From an uncultured Ignavibacteria bacterium (lineage in GTDB: Bacteria > Bacteroidota > Ignavibacteria > Kapaibacteriales > UBA2268), in NCBI GenBank assembly GCA_937127445.1, contig CAKZLY010000030.1, positions 10,023 through 74,022 on the forward strand: a stretch of 64,000 nucleotides of DNA. The letters are read 5' to 3'. Of this stretch, positions 19,993 through 28,600 are shown one piece after another. The notes beneath the pieces are model-generated. The model was given only the letters and a program-made list of their open reading frames with translations, did no database searches and was not told the DNA's origin. The translations under genes were made by a program, and so were the position numbers. Every line of letters starts with the position of its first letter. Position 1 is the first letter of the stretch.

Positions 19993-20046
19993 ATTCCCCC
20001 CAAAAATTATAAAATAATCACAGGGGAATTATCAATAATTATGCCA

Positions 20047-21024
20047 TTATATTTCCCAGGTTCCTTTATCAGGGAAATAAATTTGCATTTTTGTATCACC
20101 GGCTTTAATGGAAACAGTGCGAGAAATAGTATCGCCGGTATCTTCACTCAAAATTTTTATGCCGCGTTTCAATAAACCGGCTTTCACGGCAACAGTATTG
20201 CGTTGACCAATACTGAAATATTCACCGAGTTCAATTTTGGTTTTTGCTCCACCAGCGATTTTAGCAAAGATTTTTTCCTTAGGGCAGCCTAATTCATTCA
20301 TTTTTTGCAACAGAGCGTCAACAGCAGTATCAGCGAAATATCCGGGAAGTTTTTCAGCTTTTTCTTTGTCCGTGTTAGATTGTGGGAGGGCAACGTGAGC
20401 AAGTCCAACTGTATTTTTAGATGGGCAGAATAAACCCAGACCTATGCAGGAACCAAGCGCGAAAATTTTCAAAACCTTATTCGGGTCGCTGGAAACATCC
20501 ATAGCCCCCATACCAAGAATAATCTGGTTTGTTTTGGCAGTTCTATCGAGATGGTTGCTGGGCAGTTTGAAATCTTTTTTAACTTTTTTGAGATGGCTTA
20601 CATCTTGAGTATATGCAAGTTTAATTTTATATATTAACTGCGAGAAAAGTTCAGGCAATGCACGAGCACCTGCACCCGGCTTAGGCTGGAAATCGACAGC
20701 ACCAGCTTCGAAAGCTTCCTTGGTAATTTGCGAATCTTTTTCGGTTAAAGCACTGAGAACTATTGTTGGGATAGGATCGACTGGCATCAGGTTATGCAGG
20801 AACTGGATGCCATTCATACGAGGCATTTCCATATCAAGGATGATTACATCAGGCTTTAATCTATTGACTTGATTAAGAGCAATATAGCCGTCAGTAGCAG
20901 TGCCAACCACTTCAATCATAGGATCTTTTGCTAAACCCTTTGCTAGAATATCAAGCACCAGAGCTTGATCATCAACGATTAAAACTTTAATTTTTTGATT
21001 GCTAACATTATTATTCGCTTGCAT
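20047..21024 (-). CDS. fusion protein: CheB-like N-terminal receiver (REC) + CheD chemoreceptor glutamine deamidase domain
   Basis: N-terminal KVLIVDDQALVLDIL...PDVIILDMEMPRMNGIQFL...VDFQPKP closely follows the CheB REC + linker. The C-terminal part (LGSCIGLGLF...GLAHVALPQS...ADTAVDALL...AKIAGGAKT...IGQRNTVAVKAGLLKRGIKILSEDTGDTISRTV) carries the CheD signatures, including the catalytic Cys in GSC and the His in AH..LP. Confidence 0.7.
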   Translation of the reverse strand: MQANNNVSNQKIKVLIVDDQALVLDILAKGLAKDPMIEVVGTATDGYIALNQVNRLKPDVIILDMEMPRMNGIQFLHNLMPVDPIPTIVLSALTEKDSQITKEAFEAGAVDFQPKPGAGARALPELFSQLIYKIKLAYTQDVSHLKKVKKDFKLPSNHLDRTAKTNQIILGMGAMDVSSDPNKVLKIFALGSCIGLGLFCPSKNTVGLAHVALPQSNTDKEKAEKLPGYFADTAVDALLQKMNELGCPKEKIFAKIAGGAKTKIELGEYFSIGQRNTVAVKAGLLKRGIKILSEDTGDTISRTVSIKAGDTKMQIYFPDKGTWEI

Positions 21025-21081
21025 ATAATTTTCTCAAAAAAGTATATATATATTTGTTAACTACAAATTAATAATAATACA

Positions 21082-24000
21082 TTATTTTTTATCAACTAAA
21101 TCATTAATACTTGAAACAAGTGTATCGAAATTTACAGGTTTGCTAATATAATCATTAGCACCGGCAGCAAAGCATCTATCACGATCACCAGGCATTGCGA
21201 GAGCAGTAAGCGCAATAATAGGGATATGAGAAGTATTGTTGTCACTTTTCAAAATGCGAATAGCTTCGATCCCATCCATTTTTGGCATCTGAATATCCAT
21301 CAAAATAATATCGGGCTTGTATTCGACAGCAGACTCGATTGCTTCTTTACCATTACGGGCAACAAGTACAGAATAACCAGCATATTCTAAAAATGCTTCC
21401 ATAGTTTCAAGGTTAGCTTCATTATCCTCAGCTAAGAGGATTAGTATTTTGTCTTTTGTCATATCATTTATCTCCGAATCAACAAGTAATTTTGCCTTTT
21501 GTTTTTCAAGCTTTAAATCAACTTTATTTAAAGTTTCATATAAGGTAATAAGTTTATATGGCTTTTGCACATAGCCATCGGCACCATTGGCAATTGCGCG
21601 TGTTTTTTCTTTTAATATTGAAACGATTACAACTGGAATATATTTGTGGTCTTCGTGTAATTTTATATGTTTTAAATAATCCCAACCAGATTTGTCCCAA
21701 AGCAGCACATCAAGAATAACTATATCATATTTTTTTTGATAAAGCATATCTTCAATTTTTTGCTCAAAATCATAAAAATCGGACGCGATGCTAAACCGTT
21801 CGAGATCTTGTCTAATTAGTTCGGCATCTTCTTTTGAACTACAAATAATCAAAGCAGTTTTTATATTGGAAAATTGTTTATTAAGCAACTCATCATAGTA
21901 AGCATCATAAGCTTTTTGGCTTTTAATTGGGAGTGTGATAATAAATTTGCTGCCAAAGCCGAATTGGCTTTCAACCGCGACACTACCACCCATCATTTCG
22001 GTTAATTTAGCAACTAACGCAAGCCCTAATCCTGTACCTTCGTATTCACGCGAAAGATTGCTGCTAATTTGAGAAAAGGGTTTGAACAATTTGTTCATAT
22101 CTTCTGTGCGGATACCGATGCCTGTATCCCAAACAGTGAAACGGATAAGATTATTATCAAGTTCTGCTGAGATAGATAAGCCAACAGAACCACCTTTTTG
22201 AGTAAATTTTACAGCATTGTTAAGTAGGTTAATCAAAATTTGCTTTGTACGGATTTGGTCAGCATAAATTTCCTTTGGGGTTCCGTCTTGAATATCGAGC
22301 TGTATTGTAATTTCCTTTTTATTAGCCATCTGTCTGATGAAATTAATTGAAGATTGAGCAATCTGTTCGACAGAGCAATCTTCCATATAAATTTCAAATT
22401 TTCCTGCTTCAATTTTAGAAATGTCTAAAATATCGTTAATTAAATTAAGAAGATGATGACCACTATCGTGAATAGTAGTTAAAGCACGCTGAAAACGGTC
22501 ATTTGATTGTATTTCCTGATGTTTGAGAAGAATTTCCGAGAGCCCAAGAATAGCATTAAGAGGTGTCCGAAGTTCGTGGCTCATATTTGCCAGGAATTCA
22601 TCTTTAGTTCGAATGGCGCGTTCGAGTTCGGCATTGAGGGCGCTAAGTTCTTCGGTACGTTCCATCACACGTTCAGCAAGCAAACGGCGTTCGAGGTTTA
22701 GGGCTTCTTCGATTTTTTTCCTGTAAATAACCATTGCTGTCTGAGTTGAGACAAAAACAAGAATATCTTTTGTAAGCTCATCGAACATAATATCTTGATG
22801 GTAGCTTTTAACAGCAATTACCCCAATTGTCTGGTTTCCAATTGTTTTCAAAGGAACACCCAGCCAATATTTAGGAATTAATCCCTGGATTTCAATTGTT
22901 CCATCCGAAGCTAATTCTAATAATTTTTTTTCATCGAGAAGCTGAAAATGCCCTGTTTTGATAACATATTCGACTAACCCATTTGCGAATGGGTAAGGTC
23001 CGCTGAAAGATGGCTTTGGTGAATCAATTTCATCAACATAATAAGGGAATTGGATTTCGTCGCGTTCGAGGTCATAAATTGCAATAAAGAAATTACGAGC
23101 AAAAATGAGTTGAGAAATAGAATGATGAATAAATTTATAAAGGTCATGGAAATTATCAATATTATAAGCAGCTTCAGAGATGCTATAAACAGATTGTTGT
23201 AATTTCTCTGATAATTTACGATGAGTAATGTCTTCGGTAGTACCCTCGATATATAAGACATTTCCGTTTGCGTCTCTTACTACTCTTGATTTTTCCAGAA
23301 CATTAAGAGCTGAACCATCTTTTTTTATCCAAGTACTTTCGAAAACCTGAATTTCGTCGCTTGAAAGTATAGAATTCAGAAAAGATTGTCGTTCAGATGA
23401 ATTAATAAAACCTTCAAAATTTAAATTTCTTTCCTTCAGCTCATTGATTGAGTCAAACCCAAGCATTTTAACAAGTGTAGGATTAGCAAGAATAATTCTA
23501 CCGTCAAGAGTGGAACGGTATATTCCGACAGGAACATTATTAAACAAGTTACGATAAATTTCACGGCTGCGTTTCAGTTCTTCTTCGATACGAATTCTTT
23601 CTTGAATCTCCATTTGGAGTTTCATTGTTCGTTTTTCGATTATTGCTTCAAGTTCCTGGTTGATGCGTTTGATATCGTCTTCCAATTTTTTGAATTCGGT
23701 AATATCTCGAGCAATACTAATTAGCCCAATAGGATTTCCGTCTGGATCGAAAAATGGAGTTTTAATATTATCAAAAGTATGTAAAGTATTATCAGAAAAT
23801 CGCAACAACTGTTCGGAACGCACAGTGGTTTTAGTTTCAAAAACGGTTTTATCGAAATCTGTGAAGGCGTCGGCTTCTTCTTTTGAGAAAAGCTCGTAAT
23901 CGGTTTTACCAATTATCGCTTCTTTGGGAAGGTTCAAAAAATTTGAATAAGCTTCGTTACAATTAATGTAATTGCCAGAACTATCTTTAACCACTATAAA

Positions 24001-25401
24001 ATCTGGTACATTATCAATTAATTTGGAAAGCAATTCCGATTGTTTTTTAATCTCCAGAGTGCGTTCTAAAACTATTTGCTCTAATTCTAAATTTGTTTTG
24101 GACAAGATTTTTTCTGCTTCTTTGAATTGAGTGATGTCATTAATAAAAATACAAGCACCTGAAATTTCTTCGCCAATTTTAACAGGATAAAGTGAGATTT
24201 CGTAATATATACAGGTAGTTTTTATTAAAACTTCATATACAAAATTTGATGAACCACCTTGATAAACACGTTCGAACCTATCAAGAATAGCGGGGACATT
24301 ACTAAATAGTGTTTGCAAATCACTTTTATCATCAACATCATTGCCAGAAATAAATTTAACAGCATCAATAAAGACTTGATTGTACTTAGTAATTTTTTCA
24401 TTTACATCGAAGAGAGCAACACCAATGTGAGAATAATTAATTGCGGTTGAGAGATTTGCTTCAATTAATTTTTGTTGTTCTTCGGCAATTTTTTTATAAG
24501 TAATGTCCCTTAGTGTAACAAAAATTAGATTATATCCATCTTTCTGAACCGGTTTGAGATATACTTCTGTATAAATCAATTGGTTGTCAGTATTAAGATG
24601 CACCCATTCAAAAACATTAATACCTTGAGAATAAGCAATATCTATCATTAGTTTAGCTTTTTCAACTGAGCTAATTCCGTCGGGCTGATAAGGTGGGGAA
24701 AAATCATAAGGATGCTTACCAATAATCTCGTTTTTGCTTTGCAGTCCAAAAATTTTCAATGCTTGCTGGTTGCAATCGGTGTAAGTATCTCCGTTGAGAA
24801 AATAAAAGGCATCAGCAGATTGTTCAAAGAAAAAAGAATAGAGTTTTTGCTGTTCTTCAATAATCTTTTGGTTTTGTTCGACTTCGGTTATATCAATAAA
24901 AGCTGCATAAAACTCGGTTTGTTTTTCTCTGATAATTGCTTTAACCACACCTGACAAGCTAACAACAGAGCTATTTGCAGCGTTAATTCTTATGTAGCAG
25001 GGTATAATTTCATTAAAATCTATTGCTTCGTTGCAAGAATTAAAGAAGGTGTCGATATAATCTGATAGTACAAAAGAAGTGATATGCTTACCAATAATCT
25101 CGTGTGTAGGTAATCCCAGAACAGTGGAAGTGCTTTGATTAGCAGAAATAATTTTTCCTTCGGCATCAATATTAAAAAAAAGAACAGGAGAACTATCATA
25201 AAGGAATTTGTACCAATTACGAGAAACATCAAGTTCGTGCTTAATTAAATTTAACTCGTTATTTTTTATTGAAATATCGATGAGATAGTTTTTAATTTTA
25301 TCAAAGTCCGGCTCAATTTCTCTTGCGATTTCTTTGCATTCAGGACAAGAAGCATTGAGCATTCTCTTCAAAATATTTTCAAGAGTAATAAAAACATCCA
25401 T
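21082..25401 (-). CDS. cytoplasmic multi-PAS/GAF hybrid sensor histidine kinase with two C-terminal receiver domains
   Basis: 1439 aa, no TM. At least 5 PAS-like repeats, a GAF-like segment, H-box MSHELRTPLNAILGLSEIL, HATPase_c (GTGLGLALVAKL), then a degenerate receiver and a canonical receiver (KILILLAEDNEANLET...DIILMDIQMPKMDG). Confidence 0.85.
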   Translation of the reverse strand: MDVFITLENILKRMLNASCPECKEIAREIEPDFDKIKNYLIDISIKNNELNLIKHELDVSRNWYKFLYDSSPVLFFNIDAEGKIISANQSTSTVLGLPTHEIIGKHITSFVLSDYIDTFFNSCNEAIDFNEIIPCYIRINAANSSVVSLSGVVKAIIREKQTEFYAAFIDITEVEQNQKIIEEQQKLYSFFFEQSADAFYFLNGDTYTDCNQQALKIFGLQSKNEIIGKHPYDFSPPYQPDGISSVEKAKLMIDIAYSQGINVFEWVHLNTDNQLIYTEVYLKPVQKDGYNLIFVTLRDITYKKIAEEQQKLIEANLSTAINYSHIGVALFDVNEKITKYNQVFIDAVKFISGNDVDDKSDLQTLFSNVPAILDRFERVYQGGSSNFVYEVLIKTTCIYYEISLYPVKIGEEISGACIFINDITQFKEAEKILSKTNLELEQIVLERTLEIKKQSELLSKLIDNVPDFIVVKDSSGNYINCNEAYSNFLNLPKEAIIGKTDYELFSKEEADAFTDFDKTVFETKTTVRSEQLLRFSDNTLHTFDNIKTPFFDPDGNPIGLISIARDITEFKKLEDDIKRINQELEAIIEKRTMKLQMEIQERIRIEEELKRSREIYRNLFNNVPVGIYRSTLDGRIILANPTLVKMLGFDSINELKERNLNFEGFINSSERQSFLNSILSSDEIQVFESTWIKKDGSALNVLEKSRVVRDANGNVLYIEGTTEDITHRKLSEKLQQSVYSISEAAYNIDNFHDLYKFIHHSISQLIFARNFFIAIYDLERDEIQFPYYVDEIDSPKPSFSGPYPFANGLVEYVIKTGHFQLLDEKKLLELASDGTIEIQGLIPKYWLGVPLKTIGNQTIGVIAVKSYHQDIMFDELTKDILVFVSTQTAMVIYRKKIEEALNLERRLLAERVMERTEELSALNAELERAIRTKDEFLANMSHELRTPLNAILGLSEILLKHQEIQSNDRFQRALTTIHDSGHHLLNLINDILDISKIEAGKFEIYMEDCSVEQIAQSSINFIRQMANKKEITIQLDIQDGTPKEIYADQIRTKQILINLLNNAVKFTQKGGSVGLSISAELDNNLIRFTVWDTGIGIRTEDMNKLFKPFSQISSNLSREYEGTGLGLALVAKLTEMMGGSVAVESQFGFGSKFIITLPIKSQKAYDAYYDELLNKQFSNIKTALIICSSKEDAELIRQDLERFSIASDFYDFEQKIEDMLYQKKYDIVILDVLLWDKSGWDYLKHIKLHEDHKYIPVVIVSILKEKTRAIANGADGYVQKPYKLITLYETLNKVDLKLEKQKAKLLVDSEINDMTKDKILILLAEDNEANLETMEAFLEYAGYSVLVARNGKEAIESAVEYKPDIILMDIQMPKMDGIEAIRILKSDNNTSHIPIIALTALAMPGDRDRCFAAGANDYISKPVNFDTLVSSINDLVDKK

Positions 25402-25496
25402 AATAATTAAAAAATTAATAATGAATTGCTATAAATTTATACAAAAAAACTATAAATACAATAAGTAAAAATACTCAAATAAAATTTTCAAAAAAA

Positions 25497-25523
25497 GGCT
25501 GCCTTTGCAAGACAGCCTTTGAA
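25497..25523 (-). terminator. rho-independent terminator downstream of the TPR gene
   Basis: AGGCTGCC-TTTGCAAGA-CAGCCT hairpin with a flanking A/T run. Confidence 0.6.
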
Positions 25524-25537
25524 TAATGGCTAAAAAA

Positions 25538-27241
25538 TCATTCGCATCCGAGAGCTTTAATGTTGTCGCGAGCAGTTTTATTATTTGGATTAATTTTAAG
25601 AACGAGTTTATAATTTTTGCAAGCAGCTTCATTTTGGCCCTGGCCATGATAAGCAACAGCAGTAAACAAAGCAGCGAATTCATTATCGGGCATAGCAGAA
25701 AGCCAATCGCGACCAATTTTTTCGAGGTCTTTATATTTTTTCTGTTCGAGTTTCATTTGAGCAAGCTTTGCGAAAGCTTGATTAAGTTCGGACTTGTATT
25801 TTTCTACGTCAGAGGTACCAGTAGAAATAGCACGGGCAAACATTTCTTCTGCTTTTATGTTATCATTCAAGTTTGCGTAAACGTCGCCCAAATAAATCAT
25901 AGACCAAAGGAAGGTAGAGTTAAGTTCGATTGCTTTTTGCAGCGGTGCAATTGCTTGCTGAGAATTACCATCGAAGAAGTAGCTTAATCCGATAAAGTAA
26001 TGGATAAGATAGTTGTTTTCGTCGTTACACTCATTGGTTGCTAATCTTTTATTTAAAATTTCGATAGATTCCTTATAGCGTTTCATCTTATTGAGTGAAG
26101 TACCGAGAACATACATAAGTTGACAATTCTCAGCAGAGTTCATTTCAATAGATTGTTTCCATTTTTCAACAGCAATATTAGTATCTCCGGCAAACAAAGC
26201 AGCTTGTCCCCATCGGCGAATATCTTCCATTTGAAGCGTTTCGGTAGCGCTTAATTCTTCAAAAGTTTTTTTTGATTGTAAATAATCACCTTCGGAAAGG
26301 TAGCATCTTGCAAGAAGCAATTTAGCGCGAGCGGCGGCTGTATCAATTTCAGTAGCAACGATACGAAGATGTGAACGAGCAGAATCGCATCGCCCGAGTT
26401 CGTATAAAGATTGCGCAAGATACCAGCGACCAAGCGAGCCACTGGGACGCAGCTGAATATAGTTGTTAAGTGATTGGGCAGCTTGGACATAATTCTTAGA
26501 GAAGAAGAAGAGTTTGCCTTGTTCGAACCAAGCACGAGCATTTTTAGGATCTTTTTGAGTAAGAGTGTTCCATTCTTGCAAGGAACGAGTAAAATAGAGA
26601 TTAGCTAAATCAGGATTAACTTCGTTTTCGCGGATACCGAGCCAATAATAAGATTGAGCAAGTTTCATTCTTGCTTCGTTCAAATCGGGATTGATTGAAA
26701 GAGCAGCTTCGTAGCTATCTTTTGAGAGCTCATATACTCTTTGTTGGTAATAAATATCGCCACGTTTAATATTGGCATCAACATTATTTTTATCCATATC
26801 TAAAACACGAGCAACAGCCAGTTCAGCCTGGCTTAAAGAATCTGCTCTCAAATAAACATCAACAAGCAACAGCCAGTTGCTGATTTCTTTTTTTTCGTCG
26901 AGTGCGAGTTTTCTTAAAATTCTGACAGCTTCTGAATGATAAGAATTTATTGAAAGAGTATTGGCTAATTTTCTAAGAACGAAAGGCTTGCTTGAAATTT
27001 TTTCAGCTTGGCGTATAACTTCAAGAGCTTTATCGTTTCGACCGAGTTCGAGATAAACATCATTACAAAGCAGATGCAAATCTAAATCCTTGGGGTTTTC
27101 GGCAAGAGCAGCTGGGATGAAACTTTCGGCTAATTCATAATTTTTCTCATTCAAAGCTGACAAGAAATTTTGCTTGGCTTGTTGAGCAAAAGAAACTGAA
27201 AAGCTGAACAAAAGCAGCACAAAAAATAATTTGAATTTCAT
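25538..27241 (-). CDS. secreted tetratricopeptide (TPR) repeat protein
   Basis: Signal peptide MKFKLFFVLLLFSFSVSFAQ. More than 10 TPR-like 34-aa repeats with W/LG/Y/A/F/A/P spacing. Confidence 0.8.
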   Translation of the reverse strand: MKFKLFFVLLLFSFSVSFAQQAKQNFLSALNEKNYELAESFIPAALAENPKDLDLHLLCNDVYLELGRNDKALEVIRQAEKISSKPFVLRKLANTLSINSYHSEAVRILRKLALDEKKEISNWLLLVDVYLRADSLSQAELAVARVLDMDKNNVDANIKRGDIYYQQRVYELSKDSYEAALSINPDLNEARMKLAQSYYWLGIRENEVNPDLANLYFTRSLQEWNTLTQKDPKNARAWFEQGKLFFFSKNYVQAAQSLNNYIQLRPSGSLGRWYLAQSLYELGRCDSARSHLRIVATEIDTAAARAKLLLARCYLSEGDYLQSKKTFEELSATETLQMEDIRRWGQAALFAGDTNIAVEKWKQSIEMNSAENCQLMYVLGTSLNKMKRYKESIEILNKRLATNECNDENNYLIHYFIGLSYFFDGNSQQAIAPLQKAIELNSTFLWSMIYLGDVYANLNDNIKAEEMFARAISTGTSDVEKYKSELNQAFAKLAQMKLEQKKYKDLEKIGRDWLSAMPDNEFAALFTAVAYHGQGQNEAACKNYKLVLKINPNNKTARDNIKALGCE

Positions 27242-27242
27242 A

Positions 27243-28169
27243 TTAATCCTCTTTTATTAAATTAAATCTTGCATATTTCGGAACTATTCCTGCATCTTTC
27301 AGATATTTTGTTGATGACGCCTCACGAGAAAGATGCATAGCGAACCAGAAAGGCAAATCTTTGAAATTATTTAAGAAAAGTGCTTTGTATGTAACGATAT
27401 ATGGATATAATCCTTGCACAATGTATGCTTGATGAACAGGTTTTGGGGTGATGTATTTACCGGTTGTATCGGTATATCCGATAGGGATTGGCTTAAAGTC
27501 TAAATTTCTATGAATGTGTGATAAATAAGCAATTCCAATTGCATTAGAGTTAGTATTGACAAAGTTAAGTAAGGAATCAACAGTTGAAAACAGTTGTAAG
27601 CGTCTTTGAATAGGTTTGTTACGCACAACAAATTTATTAATATTTGCGAAAACTGATGAATTTTGTTCTAATGTTGCAATAATTGGCTCATCTTTTAGAA
27701 ATGGGAAATATGATTTAAGCGTTTTGCTTCTATCAGTAAGGACATTGAAAATTTGTTCAGAATTAAGGGTATCCAGAGAAGAATTGATTTTAGTAAAGAA
27801 GCATAGAGCATCGTCGGCAATTTCTTCGTAATTATGTTTAGCTACTTTGTAAACGTTCATTAGAGAATCTTCGTCGCGAAGATAGTCTCTTGCGATGATG
27901 ATAATGCGAGCTTCGCCTGCGAGAAGTTTTGCCATTGCTTCGCGAGCTGAAACGGAATTAACAGTAAGATTGACATCTGGATATCCTTTACGGTATGAAG
28001 AAAATAGAGTGTCAAACAATTGGGTTAAAGTATTATCGCAGTAAGCAGTAAGTTCGCCACTTGTCATAGACTCGCGTTGAGTTGCCTGTTTATCGGATTT
28101 TTCATTACAGGAGACAAGGAAGAAAAGCAACAGTACTGCTGCAATCATAGCATTATTTTTCATTCTCAT
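27243..28169 (-). CDS. lipoprotein, PstS-like periplasmic-binding-protein fold (orphan, no permease/ATPase partner)
   Basis: Start MRMKNN or MKNN (28169/28163). Lipobox LVSC. About 300-aa type-2 PBP pattern. Its stop is 1 nt before the TPR gene start. Confidence 0.45.
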   Translation of the reverse strand: MRMKNNAMIAAVLLLFFLVSCNEKSDKQATQRESMTSGELTAYCDNTLTQLFDTLFSSYRKGYPDVNLTVNSVSAREAMAKLLAGEARIIIIARDYLRDEDSLMNVYKVAKHNYEEIADDALCFFTKINSSLDTLNSEQIFNVLTDRSKTLKSYFPFLKDEPIIATLEQNSSVFANINKFVVRNKPIQRRLQLFSTVDSLLNFVNTNSNAIGIAYLSHIHRNLDFKPIPIGYTDTTGKYITPKPVHQAYIVQGLYPYIVTYKALFLNNFKDLPFWFAMHLSREASSTKYLKDAGIVPKYARFNLIKED

Positions 28170-28383
28170 TGTCGTCCTCATTAATATTGAAATTATATCT
28201 TTCAAGTTGTGTCCTATACATTATTAAACGATAGATACCAAAAAGAGTTACTACAATTCCCATTACGATTATCAAGGTACTGTCGTGAAGTTCGTTTTTG
28301 AATAAAATACCATAAATTATAAAGGCAATACCCAATATTATCATTAAAATTCGAACGCTATAATTTACAAATTTTGAGAACAT
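28153..28383 (-). CDS. small 2-TM membrane protein
   Basis: 76 aa with two hydrophobic helices and an acidic C-terminus. Overlaps the downstream PstS-like start. Confidence 0.45.
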   Translation of the reverse strand: MFSKFVNYSVRILMIILGIAFIIYGILFKNELHDSTLIIVMGIVVTLFGIYRLIMYRTQLERYNFNINEDDNENEK

Positions 28384-28562
28384 AGAATACCCGCAAATTT
28401 ATAACTTACAAATTTATCAAATTTTTATTAATAATAAATTAAGTAGAGTGAAAAAATTATAATGTATCAATAAATGAACAAAAATTAAATCATTTTTCAT
28501 AATTGGGGGACCGATTGAAATTATTATGAATTAAATATATTTATTTATTATTGCTTTTTTTA

Positions 28563-28570
28563 TAAATTTG
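28563..28570 (+). promoter_or_regulatory. candidate FCB-type -7 promoter element (TAnnTTTG)
   Basis: TAAATTTG about 30 nt upstream of the wza-like ATG. Confidence 0.3.
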
Positions 28571-28600
28571 TAAAATTATCTAATTATAATGCAGTGCAGT

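Noticed and set aside
22507-25232. Small ORFs inside or antisense to the hybrid kinase gene (22507-22701, 22523-22726, 22974-23261, 23660-23912, 24712-24954, 25020-25232)
   Set aside because: Shadow ORFs within a 4.3-kb CDS that has continuous domain support.
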